In this document: positions 37,045-48,957 of the stretch, piece after piece | How the letters are laid out: each line of letters starts with the position of its first letter | Position numbering within the stretch: position 1 is the stretch's first letter | NCBI GenBank assembly: GCA_907165135.1 | Contig: OU015567.1 | Coordinates: forward strand, 13,330,001-13,394,000 | Direction: 5' to 3' | Length of the DNA stretch: 64,000 nt | From: Oikopleura dioica | Lineage: Eukaryota > Animalia > Chordata | The notes under the pieces: generated by a model | The model's database searches: none | Seen by the model: only the letters and a program-made list of their open reading frames with translations | Told to the model about the DNA's origin: nothing | Position numbers and translations under genes: made by a program

Positions 37045-40000
37045 ATGGCGGAATCGGATCTTTTGAGAAGTATTCGTCTGATGAAAGAGAAGAGGGACGA
37101 GAAAATCGCCGCCAGAGAAGTTGATCCAATCACAGCCATCGAAAAGGCCGCCGAATCGAGGAGAAAAGTTTTAATCGACAAGAATTTCGCGGTAAGAGAG
37201 GATCATCTCGAGTTGGACAGATGGACGAGTGTTTTTGAAATATTGACGGAAATTAAGGGGCCGGATAATGGAGAAACAGAAATTTCAAATTCCGCGAGCG
37301 AATCGAGCGATCCGCCAGCTGCGCCCGAAACGGCCAGGAAGGAGCGATGGAAGGAAATGGCAAAACAGAGAGAGATTTGGGACAGGGAGCTGGTTGAAGC
37401 CACGCAAATTGCAAAGGTAGAGTTAGACAGAACTTCCAGTTCTTGATTTGGACACAAGTTGCTGAGCCCAGAGGAAGGAGGTGCCACGCCTATCTCTAGT
37501 CAAACTTTTTCGCGACTTTTTCTTCATTTTACTCGGAGAAGCTGTTTAAAATTCGGAATTTAGGAACGACTACAGAAAGAAAAAGAACAAGAATCGTCCG
37601 AAATATCTGCTCCTTCGGCCGTGCGCAAGAAATTCGAAGTCCTCTCTGCGAAAGAACAGGTCGAACGCGCCCTGCGTAGATCTGGAAAGCCGGACGCAAA
37701 AGAAACGCCTTTCGTGAAGAGAACGGCGAAAAAGGAGTTCGATTTGAAAGAACTCTCCCAAAAGGGCCACGTCTCCAAACTGGTAACAACCACTCATTCA
37801 ATACTTTATCATTCATCATTTATTTTATCACTTATCATCGCATGTCCTTTATCTTTTCACTTATTCAGGAAAGTCCTATTCCAGAAAAGGAGAATTTTCT
37901 CCCAGCTGTTGTCTCATCGCCAAACGTAAGCGTGTTTCCAAGATATCCCTTTTCCTTGCATGTCTAGTTTTGGAATCAGCAAACTCGAAACGCATGTTTA
38001 ACATAATTTTGTTTGTCGTTATCAACCTAATTGTTGATTTATTGGCCTCAAGTCTGATTGTTTGTCCTAACTCAATTCTTTTTTAAAGTTCAAAAACTTC
38101 GACTTGGAAGAAGCGCCGATAATGCCCGCTCCGATTGTTCCTCCGCGCCAGACAACTCCGACTGTTCAAACTGCCAAGCTTATTAAACCTGTTTCGCAGC
38201 CAAAACTCTTGCCTAGCAAACCCAACGCTTCTGAACCGGAATCCCAGCCGTCTCCAAGCTCAACCCCTCCTCCTCAAGAACCAGCGCCGATTCCCTTCAG
38301 TCTGGACGAGCGAGGCGATGATTCTTCCAGCGCCATATCCTCCGTTCTCCAACCGAATGATGTGTCGGAAGATGCCATGGCAGGTAAAAAAGGAAGCCCA
38401 CTTATCGAATCATTTATTTGACTAACTTAGCGCTGAATTATCTGAATAACACGATTCAAGATTTTGAAACAGCTGATTCAAACTCGATTGATTCTCCTAG
38501 CACACCGAAATTCGAAAGGCAATTTCGCGAAGTACCAGGCACGTACTACTAATTCTTAGGCAAACCATGATTAACAGCAATTCCAGTGGATGCGGAGAAC
38601 AACCTCCTAACTCCTAAGAGCCAGAAGCGCTCCGTAGAAGCCGAGGACTATCAAAACTCGCGGGAGAAGTTCGTAAAGCAGCATTCCGGCCATCTGAAAT
38701 CAAGAGGATCTATCGATGACATATCAATCGCGCTCACTTCTCCGCAGAACAGGAAGCTGACGATTGATGACTATCGAGCATCACAGGTACTACCCTTTTC
38801 ACTTCTCTCATTGACCGTTTTTTCTAGCGCATAAAAGATAAGCCCACGCGGGAGACGGTTTTCAACTGGCAGAATCAGATGACGTTGAAGAATTCGACCG
38901 CCATCGGAACTTTAAAGCGAGACGAGAAGAGGAAAGACTTGGAGAATGAAATTGCGCTTCTTGAGCAGCAAAAACGACAGGCGATCAAGGCGCATAAGCT
39001 GATCATGAGCAAGACTGTCCCGGCGGATGTGGAGGCCGAAGCGGAAAAGACCCTCTTGTGTGCTACGGAGAAATATAAAGGATTACGGTAAAAAGAGACG
39101 CTTTGGTGAAGGTCATTAAGCTTATTCTAGTGCCATCGCGAATTCGATGAAACGAGTCCTCGACCCTTATTCGAAAGGATCGATTCGCATCTCCGACCTG
39201 TGGGTGAAAGCTAATAAGTCGGTGATCGCGAACTCGGAGCACTTTCGAAACACCTGGGTGATCGGCCTGATCACCGTCGGCGAGGAATTCTTCGCGACGG
39301 AAATGAGCCGCATGGATGTCCAGGGAGAAGTCCGCCTGCTCGTCGAAGGAAGTAAAGGCAAACGGATTCTACGTAATGTCGCGCCGGACTTTGAGCTTTC
39401 CATTTCTATATTTAGGTAGTCAGACAGAAATCATGTCCATTTTACCTGAAATTGATTAGTCTAAATATCGCTGGAGAAAAGAAGGAGAAACAAGCATCTG
39501 GTGGGCTCTTCAGTCGATCACTGTTCAGTCGGAAAAGTCTGCGAAAGAATCATCACAGTAACGGAAGTGGCTCGTCGGCCACTTGTCCGGAAGACAGTAG
39601 CTCCAGATTCGAGGTAGAATAATTGGAAGCTGGCAAATACCAGTTCAAACTAGACGAGAAATATATTCTCCTCTATCGTCTCTAATCATCGATAATTTAT
39701 TCGATTTTCAAATTTTACTTCAGCTTATTGGACGAAAAACGCTGCGCATCGGCGATGTACAGAACATCACCTCGTTCAAGCTTGAGAAGAGCGTCATGAC
39801 TTCTATTTTCAGCGCCACGGTTACCTCAAACATAAAGGCGGCGTTTACCAATTCCATGGAATACTCGTCTTTTCTTACAGGCACGTGGGATTTACTTCTC
39901 TGTTTCGTTCAAAACTTAGAAGTTTATCCCTGGTAAAGTGAAAACAAAGGGAGCTGGAAATACAGGATGCACGACTTACGGTAACTGGATTCGTTACTGG

Positions 40001-40789
40001 GCGAGATTGAGAGGTGACTCAATCGAGTTCTGGCGATATCCAGAACATGCCGAGACTGAGCCCGCTGAAGGTCGAATAAGGTTAGTGCCGGTTCAAAACG
40101 AGGTCATTTAAAAGTTTAAATGCTTAGACAGTGTGCGGATTACCGCCGACATTTTCCTTCTATTCTTGAAAATTCTCAGAGTTAATCTTGAGTCAATTCT
40201 TATACTTCCCTAACGCAATCTTATACCACCATGGGGAAAAGATTTCCACAGTCGGAAATCGAATTTCCGACACATGGATTCCACTAACTGACAGTTGAAT
40301 TTTTTGTAACCTCCGGAAATCTAATGAGAAGCGGTAAAATATCGCGATCCGCGTCGGATATCAGTTGATTTCCCGCCGCGGAAATGTGAGGAATGACGAA
40401 CTTCCGCTGGGGAACTTATTTACGCCGCTTTTAAAATATCATTTAGCCTGCGATATCTGCTCAATCGCTCGGTCGGGGCCGACAAGCGTGGCCGTCGTCC
40501 AAACACTTTCGAGCTGTATGGCCGCGCGCCGCCCAAGAACGAGCAGGCGAATCATATGGAAGGACTGTCGCTCAGCTACGATCACAACAAGTTCGTACGC
40601 TATCAGATTTCTGCCGATGCCTCGGAGGAGATGACGAAATGGTGCGAAGCTCTGGGGTGAGTCTCTTTCTTTCATTTTTTCATCACCATCAAGTGATCTT
40701 GAATCATTCATAATTTCTTTAGAACTGTTCTTCAAGAACTTCGCGTCTGGGATTTCACCATGTCGCCACCTGTTGACGACAATTGCTAA
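37045..40789 (+). CDS. ANLN: Anillin
   Basis: Anillin-homology segment LENEIALLEQQ...EAEAEKTLLCATEK, KGSIRISDL, NVAPDFELSISIF; C-terminal PH domain GNWIRYWARLRGDSIEFWRYPE...RRPNTFEL...ISADASEEMTKWCEAL..VLQELRVW. Confidence 0.85.
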
Positions 40790-41018
40790 AATTGCAATTA
40801 CTTCACTACTTGCTTCATAAACTACGTAGCTACTTCACTACATTCACATCTCACCTTAAGCCTATCTAAATTATATAAAAACTGGCGTTCACACAATCTG
40901 TACCTGCCTTTTTTGACTCTTTCACATTCCTCGCGTGGAATCCCTTCACTTAACTGCCCTATAAACGTTCAATGAAGAGAATTAGTATTCAAAAATATTC
41001 TTCGAAGAATAGTATCGA

Positions 41019-42175
41019 ATGTCGTTATTGTCGCAAATCAGATCGAGAAGTCCGCCACTAGAGCACTTTGAGAAAAATGGAAAAAGACAGAATGGAGTCG
41101 ATTTGGGCAGCATAGGTTCAAAATCCTATTAGAGAAAGAACTGTTAACATGAGTTTTTAGAAAAGCTCATATCAGCGGAAACCGTAGAGGAGAAAAATAT
41201 AATCTGGCAGAAGCTAAAAGAGTCCTCTGACTTGACGACTCTTGTTCATTCACCAGCTACGATGAAATTTCTCAACTCATGTGTCCGAGGTGAGTTTCTT
41301 TGAAATTATCTTGTTTTAAATGGTCCCCTACAGATGTTCACTTTTCGAATAAAAATGAGTTTTCCTGTAGAAAGCAATGATCCACTTGTTTTAATCAAAA
41401 TCAACATGATAAAAAGCTAACAAAGAAGGACGCATTCAGCCTCTTTTAACTTCTATCAATGTAGAGAGCAGTGAGGGTAGCTGGCCGGAGAGTATTATCA
41501 TTGACCTGTTATCGCTTGGATGCTCTGGTCCCCATGTTGTCGGCATGCTCGATGTCGCCAATCAACGGGCAGCAATTGATATTGTTACAGCCGCCAAGGA
41601 CCCGTGTTTCCCGGAACGCGTGTTGGTTTGGTCAATAGCTGCGGCCATAGAAAAAGCCGCTAAATCGGAATCGTAAGAAACTTGAAATAAAACATTTATT
41701 CTCATTCATCGTCAAAGAAATGATGCAGATTCAATCCGGGAGCTCGATTTCCTTCTCAAACGCGAATTCTCCCACAACTATCTTGTCGGAGCGCTGAAAG
41801 CTCTCGACACGACCAAAGCAGTTGCTCTTTTGGACTTTTTGACGGCGAAAATTCGACTCTGTCCTATAAAACCAGATCAAGAAAAGGCGGGAATAAATCA
41901 AATATCGCGATGGGTTGGAGCGGTGATTGATGCTCACCCAAGCACGTATTCGGACGAGGATAATGCAAAGATGCTTATGGAGGCTCTATCTGTGGTTCAG
42001 GACAAGGTTAGCTTTGACAGCTGTCTATTTCAATGATGTTTTAACTACTTTCTTGTAGCTTGATTTATTGGAGGAACTAGAAAAGATCGACAAGATTTGT
42101 ATGCACCAGGAGGCAAAAGGAACGAAACGAAAAAGAAGAAAAGGGCGTTATTCTGTCTCTGTACTGAAATTTTAG
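41019..42175 (+). CDS. NOL11: NOL11-like nucleolar protein (C-terminal part only)
   Basis: GINQISRWVGAVIDAH and terminal GRYSVSVLKF resemble the NOL11 C-terminus as I recall it (TLNQIMDWICLLLDANF ... GLYSIEVLELF); WPESIIIDLL...FPERV segment upstream. Confidence 0.6.
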
Positions 42176-42263
42176 AATAATCCCGAAACGATTATTATTA
42201 TCCCTCGTTCGTTCTTCATAAATTTAGATTCTCATCGGAATCGAGATAAGCTACGTATTAAAG

Positions 42264-42614
42264 ATGAGCATGAATTATCAGCTCTATCGGAACACTACGC
42301 TAGGAACTACGCTCATTGATTCTCTCGACGAGTTGCAGCAGCAGGGCGCAATCTCCCACAGTCTCCGGATGAAGGTTCTCGAAGAATTCGACAAAGCAAT
42401 TAACTACGCCCTGGCGAACAAAGTGCGCAACCGAATCACTTTCAAGGGCAAACTCAATACGTATCGCTTCTGTGACAATGTCTGGACTTTCGTGATCGAA
42501 GACGCCGAGTTCCGAGAAGTGATCGACTGCATCAATGTGCCAAAAGTAAAAGTGGTCGCCTGCGATGGCAAAGGAAACACGGTCAACAACCGCCAATCAG
42601 TTGACGATTATTGA
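42264..42614 (+). CDS. GTF2A2: TFIIA gamma subunit (intronless)
   Basis: [10 protein letters not shown]...[17 protein letters not shown]...[10 protein letters not shown]. Confidence 0.97.
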   Translation: MSMNYQLYRNTTLGTTLIDSLDELQQQGAISHSLRMKVLEEFDKAINYALANKVRNRITFKGKLNTYRFCDNVWTFVIEDAEFREVIDCINVPKVKVVACDGKGNTVNNRQSVDDY

Positions 42615-42724
42615 AAACAACCTATCTTGAAGCGCACTCTTTTCGCTTCTCGCTTGTCTTTTCCTGCCAACAGAAGGGCACTTATCAGTTTATTCATCTG
42701 TATTCAAGCAGACTCATTTAGATA

Positions 42725-45252
42725 ATGCAGAACAATCGGGGTCACCACTTCGACCCGAGTCGGCAATTTCAGCCGTATGTGTTTCGCCCGAATTTTATGA
42801 AAAATCAAGATGGCGAAAAAAAGCAACAAGGGCGAAAGGTTATTGATTGGACCGGTGCCTGCGTTAATACTATGATGTCACGGAGATTCAAGAGGCCACT
42901 CAAGGAAGGGATCATCTAACAAAGTCGTAAATTTTTTCTGAAATGAATTCATCAGCGCTTGCTGATCCGAGAACAGGACCGTACCGGTTTTCAGCCACTT
43001 ACAAGCTCAATTCTTAAAGCGGAAACTCCTGGCTCACTGCCTTATTTACCTGCCAATAGTGTGACAACAAGATTTGTCCGGACTGCTACCAATAAACAGA
43101 AATGTCCCGTCTATCAGGTTTTCTTGTGTTTCGTCAGACTTTAATTAGAATATACTACGATTAAGGCATTAATTGACAACTAAACATATGCTAGTAATGT
43201 TTAATGATTATGCTGCAATTAGAATGATAAGATTCTCGAGGAGAATATTATGTTTTAATACAGATTAAACTCGCTTTTTCGATAAATGTAAAGATTATGT
43301 AGATTCAGTCGTTACTCGTTATTTATATCGTATAATTTATACAGCAGTTGGAGGGATTAATAGAGGAGAATATGATCGTGACGTTTTAGATTGTGTGGAC
43401 TCCAGATGGCCGGCGTTTGGTCACTGGTGCGGCTAGTGGCGAGTTTACGTTGTGGAATGGAATGGCATTCAATTTCGAAACGATTTTGCAGGCGCATGAT
43501 CAGCCCGTCCGCGCAATGTGCTGGTCAAACGACGGGATCTGGCTAGCTACAGGCGATCATCAAGGATACATCAAGTACTGGCAGCAGAATATGAACAACT
43601 GCTGCATGTTCCAAGCGCACAAGGATCAACCCTGCCGCGGGATCTCCTTTTCGCCAACAGACGTCAAATTCGCAAGTTGCTCAGACGATGGAACCGTCAG
43701 AATATGGGACTTTTATCATCACACTGAAGAAAAAATTCTACGAGGCCACGGCTCAGACGTGAAAAAGGTCGACTGGCATCCGCACAAAGGCCTAATTGCA
43801 TCAGGATCGAAAGACTTGCAAACGCCGATAAAGCTTTGGGATCCAAAAGCGGGCAAATCAATCACAACTCTTCACTGTCACAAAGGAACTGTCATGGACA
43901 TCCAGTGGAATAGAAATGGACATTGGTTGGCGAGCGCAGCTAGAGATCATCTTGTAAAAGTTTTTGACATTCGAAATCTGAAGACACATTATCAAGTGTT
44001 GAGAGGGCACAGAAAAGAAGCATCCTCGCTTGCTTGGCATACACAACATGAGGGCCTACTGGCGACCGGTGGTTCAGAAGGATCAATTATTTATTGGATG
44101 ATCGGCGAAGATCAGGTTATTGCCCTTTCATAGCAGTCAGAATTGATATCGTGTTATTTCGGTTGAACTCGGATAAGAAATAATTTGAATTGATTTGATC
44201 GAGTTTTATCATGTTTTTAACATGTTTTCAGCCGGTTGGCCAAGTTGATGGCGGCCACGAGTCTTTGATCTGGACAATGGCTTGGCACCCGCTTGGTCAC
44301 GTTCTTGCTACTGCTTCGAATGATCATTCTACGAAATTCTGGTCTCGCCAACAGGTATTTTCTTTACCATGATTCAGTACAAATGATTTTTTAGACAACG
44401 GAACTAGTCGCGAAGGACTACCCAAAGAATGAGACAGAAATGCTCGCAGAAATCAGTAAACAAGTTCGACTAGAATCCGGACTAGAAGATGAGACAGAGA
44501 TAGGTAATTCTATTGACGTGTTTCTATTTCTTTAATTTCTTTTCTTTTTATAGAAGAAGAGATAGAAATACCCGGTCTTGATGGATTTGAAGATGGGGCA
44601 CCTCCGAATGTCTTCCAGGTTAAAAACTTCCGTTTTTTCTATTTTGATCTAATTTTATCTATTTTAGTCGATGGCAAACGAGTATTACAATAATAGCGAA
44701 CAAACCTTTAGAACCGGATTAACTCTTCACAACACACCCGTTCCACAAGAAGAATTGCCCAGCTTCGAAAAGAAGAAAGCATTTGCTAAACCAGTGCCAA
44801 AGGAATTCGCGAATGCATGGGACAGCAACAGGGAAGGAGAAGGAAACATTCCAGAAAAGAACAATCCAGGTCATTCTGGAGGTTTCAATGGCGGGAGGTA
44901 AGATAAAAAGCAAATGTTGCAGAGTGTGTAAAGTTTAGTTTTAGTCAGCAAAGATTTCGACAGGAGCTTCATCCGTACAATCCTCACATGCAAGGCCATA
45001 GAGGTGGATATAATCATGGAGGACGAGGAAGAGGTGGCTTCAGAGGAGGTCATCATAATCACCATCAGGCACGGTTATTCAAAATGATTTCTTTAAACTG
45101 ATCATTTTCTGTCTAAATTTTGATTCAGTTTGTCCACTTGCACTTTGAAAAACCAAGGATAGTTTGTTAAACGAGAGCATCACGATAGAGGCCACGATAG
45201 AAGAAATATCCCTCAGCAAGGATCAAATTATGTCCAGTGGGATGGAAGATAG
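42725..45252 (+). CDS. WDR33: Pre-mRNA 3'-end processing factor WDR33
   Basis: [54 protein letters not shown]40 repeats, [23 protein letters not shown]. The 3' end (RG/H-rich tail) is tentative. Confidence 0.92.
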
Positions 45253-45378
45253 AATTGTACCTGATCATGTTGAAGCTGATTCCTGTGAAAATTAATTTTT
45301 TTGTACCTGTCATTTTAAAGAATTTAAAACTGCCCTGAAAATTAAACCATTTTCTCAAGTTATAAGTTTTGTTGTTAA

Positions 45379-45875
45379 CCTTACGCCGCCAAGTGTGCCA
45401 TATATGGCACCGAGATTTAAAAACGCCTGTAACTTATTTTTAACTTGGAGTAGAAGTTTCGCCGACCCCCCTTTATACCCCTACTTTTCGCTCAACTTTC
45501 ACGTGGTAGACCTTTGGTTTGGTTAGCTTCGCTACAAATTCGTCAGAATAGCGAATTTAGCTTCGCTACTCGTGTGCCATATATGGCACAAGAATGTATT
45601 GCGATGTGCCAAATATGGCACATTTGGCGGCGGTGGGACTTTTTTTCGCCGAAAATGCATTGTAAGAAATTCTCCCTTATAAGAGGAACATTAACATTGC
45701 CGAGATCAATAAGATGTCATTTGATGTCATATAATGTCAAATGTCTTACATTTGTAATGTTGGCATAAAATTTTATTTTTTCTACATCTACAGCCGGCTT
45801 TTCGACACATGTGCCATATTTGGCACATAGAATACACTGCAATGTGCCATATATGGCACATTTGGCGGCGGGGGG
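45379..45875. mobile_element. piggyBac-like MITE with duplicated right end and five 16-bp palindromes
   Basis: Left end TTAA then CCTTACGCCGCCAAGTGTGCCATATATGGCAC; right end GTGCCATATATGGCACATTTGGCGGCGGGGGG then TGAA. Palindrome GTGCCATATATGGCAC (or 1 mismatch) at 45395, 45574, 45606, 45811, 45844. Confidence 0.7.
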
Positions 45876-45937
45876 TGAATTTCGGGTTTGGCGGTTTCAT
45901 TGGAGGTTAATTCATCAGTTGAACATTGTCAGCTAGA

Positions 45938-48482
45938 ATGGATTCGTATAGCGTCATAGCAAATCAGCCGATTGTTATTGATAATGGCTCTGGAATGATC
46001 AAGGTATTTTTTGTCGAGTGCGCGTCATTTTCTACGGTTTTGGGGGTTTGCGTCAATTGCTACGGTTACGTTCTTTACCACGGTTAAAAATGAGTCAAAG
46101 GGACCGTAGCAATCGACGCACAGATTTATGTCACTGTTCTAGTCTAAACTCGACGAATCCACCCTGGAATAGAAAAAGGTTATTTCCTTCAACGTAAATT
46201 CTTAGGCTGGATTTGCCGGAGACGAGGTGCCAAAATGTAACTTCCGAAATTACGTCGCTCGCCCGAAACACACGCGAATCATGCAGGGCGCAATCGAGGG
46301 TGACAATTTTATCGGCTCAACCGCCGAGGATCACAGGTAGCATCTCCGCCGAAGGAGATTTTTGGCTGATCAGGTGATTCAGAGGGCTGATGGCTATTAA
46401 ATATCCAATGGAACATGGGATCATCACTAGGCTTACCGGACTAAATTTCGACCCATATTTCTAGCTGAGTTGGGTGGTCATATGACACAGTTTTAGAAAT
46501 CCTAGCTTCTGGGCTTTCATTTGGGCACAAATTCAAGGGGTCTGGGTCATGCCCGCAAGGCAATTTATGGGACCTGAAGTCCCAAAATAGGTACAAAAAT
46601 CCTTCAAACTATTTTTCGATGGCGGTCCGGGCTTGAGAGTAGTCAAGAGTCATATATTTAGAAAGCTCAGGCTCTGAGCTTTCAGTAGAGCTAAAGAAAT
46701 CTTAGTGCCAAGTGGTTTGTGTCCACCTGGAGGCGCTAGAAGTTGGCGGTAAAAATCCGGAAATGCCGGAAAACTCGGTTTTCGAGTTCTAAACTCTACA
46801 ATTATATGTATAAACATTTATAAACAATAATTAATGCATTAAAAAGTTGAACCGCGGTCGAACCGGGCGGTTCAACTCTAGAAACCTTCAAAAACATGGA
46901 AATATGGCCCACTATGAACCAACCGGTTGACCACCCGGTTTGACCTCGGTTAAAATTTTTAATGTGTTAATAATTGTTTATATATGTTTTATACATATAA
47001 TTGTAGAGTTTAGAACTCAAAAACCCAGTTTTCCGGCATTTCCGGATTTTTACCGCCAACTTCTAGCGCCTCCAGGTGGAATCAAACCTCTTGGCACTAA
47101 GATTTCTTGAGCTCTACTGAAAGCTCAGAGCCTGAGCTTTCTAAATATATGACTCCTGACTACTCTCGAGCCCGGACGGCCATCGAAAAAATAGTTTGAA
47201 GGATTGTTATACCTATTTTGGGACTTCAGGTCCCATGAATTGCCTTGCGGGCATGACCTAGACCTCTTGAATTTGTGCCCAAATGAAAGCCCAGAAGGTA
47301 AGCTTTCTAAAACTGTGTCATATGACCACCCAACTCAGCTAGAAATAAGGGTCGAAATTTAGTCCGGTAAGCCTAATCATCACCGATTGGGGAGATATGG
47401 AGCGCATTTGGCAACACATTTATGGCAAGGGGCAGCTCGCTACGTTTAAAGAAGAGCATCCTGTTTTACTAACAGAGGCGCCTCTTAATCCTTACAAAAA
47501 CAGGCAAAAACGATTTCTGCTGTTCTTGCTTCAAAATGAAATCTTTCAGGGAAAAAATGGCTGAGATCTTCTTCGAATCATTCAACGTCCCCGCTCTCTA
47601 CGTTTCAGTACAAGCAGTTCTATCACTTTACTCTTCCGGACGAACGACTGGTGTCGTCCTCGACATCGGAGATGGTGTTTCTCATTCTGTGCCAATTTAT
47701 GAAGGATTCGCTCTCAAGCACTCAATCACTAGAAGCGACATTGCCGGTCGCGATATCACTCGTCATTTGCAGGTAATCCAACTTTTTTTTCTTCTTTTTT
47801 GAGGTTTATTTCTAGCTTTTATTGAGGAAAGAAGGCCATAAATTCATTACATCGTCAGAAATGGAAGTTGTTCGTCAGATCAAAGGTTTTATAACTGAAT
47901 CAGCTTTGTATTATGTTTTTATTAGAAAAAGCATGTGTTATTTCTCTGCTGGGAAAAGAAGAAACTGAGGATCAAAATCGCGAATATCAACTTCCAGACG
48001 GCGAAAAAATTCAAATCGGCAGCTCGAAATTTAAGGCACCAGAGATTCTCTTCAATCCAGAATGTAAATCTGGCTTTCTTTCCGCGTTTTTTACTCGAAA
48101 TTCTAGTGATTGGCTCGGAAGAACTTGGAGTTCATGATTTGTTATACAACTCTATCAGAAAGTCTGACCTTGATCTCAGAAAAACCCTTTACCAAAATAT
48201 TGTTCTATCCGGTGGTTCGACTTTATTCAGAGGTACGTTTTAGGTGCAAAGAATCTCTTTCGTGATGTTTGAGTAGGACTTGGCGATCGGCTTCTTTCGG
48301 AATTACGGCGACCATCGCCAAAGGACACGAAAATCCGAATCTCGGCTCCTCAAGAGCGACTTTACGCGACTTGGATTGGTGGCTCGATTCTAGCATCGCT
48401 GGACAACTTCAAAAGAATTTGGGTGACCAAGAAAGAGTGGGAAAGTGAAGGCGCCCGAGCTCTTCACAGAAAAACTTTATAA
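45938..48482 (+). CDS. ACTR1: Actin-related protein 1 (centractin, dynactin filament); exon 3 interrupted by a transposon
   Basis: [36 protein letters not shown][insertion][43 protein letters not shown]. All other exons stay in frame. Confidence 0.93.
46428..47375. mobile_element. 948-bp foldback (near-palindromic) hAT-like MITE with 8-bp TSD
   Basis: ATCATCAC duplicated at 46420-46427 and 47376-47383; terminal 27 bp TAGGCTTACCGGACTAAATTTCGACCC are a perfect inverted repeat; arms of about 450 bp with roughly 30 differences by eye; spacer of about 45 bp near 46880-46925. Confidence 0.95.
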
Positions 48483-48957
48483 ACACTTTGTATTAGCGTT
48501 TTACACATTCACACTTACAGTCACATTTCACTGAACTCCCAGTCCTCGCCACTCCCTTTTATTTTAGTAACAACAAAGTACTTGTAAAACGGCTCGGTCT
48601 ACAATCTCTGCAATTTCTATCAAGATCTAGCGCCGTTCCAAATTTTCATTCGAAAAAGATATTTTTTAGAAAAGAGAATTCCTGAATTTCTTCATAATAA
48701 AATTTCATTCAATGTACATTCGTGGTAAAACTTGAAAAAAAATCAACGTTTCTCTCTTGAAAAGTGGTCCAGCTGTCCCCTCGTTATCCGTTTTTATTCC
48801 ATTTACTTTACATAACAAGTTCAAACTTATCAAAAACCAAAGCAAAAATAACTAAACAACTGACCAAGATTCAAATATTTCTGTTTTGTTCATTATCGCA
48901 TGTAAACGAGTTGAAATTCATTCATGAGCTAGTAACTTACTGTTTTGAACCTCTCAG

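Noticed and set aside
45395-45859. Five 16-bp palindromic repeats resembling a CRISPR array
   Set aside because: Spacing is irregular (16 to 190 nt), repeats sit in transposon ends, there are no cas genes and the DNA is eukaryotic.
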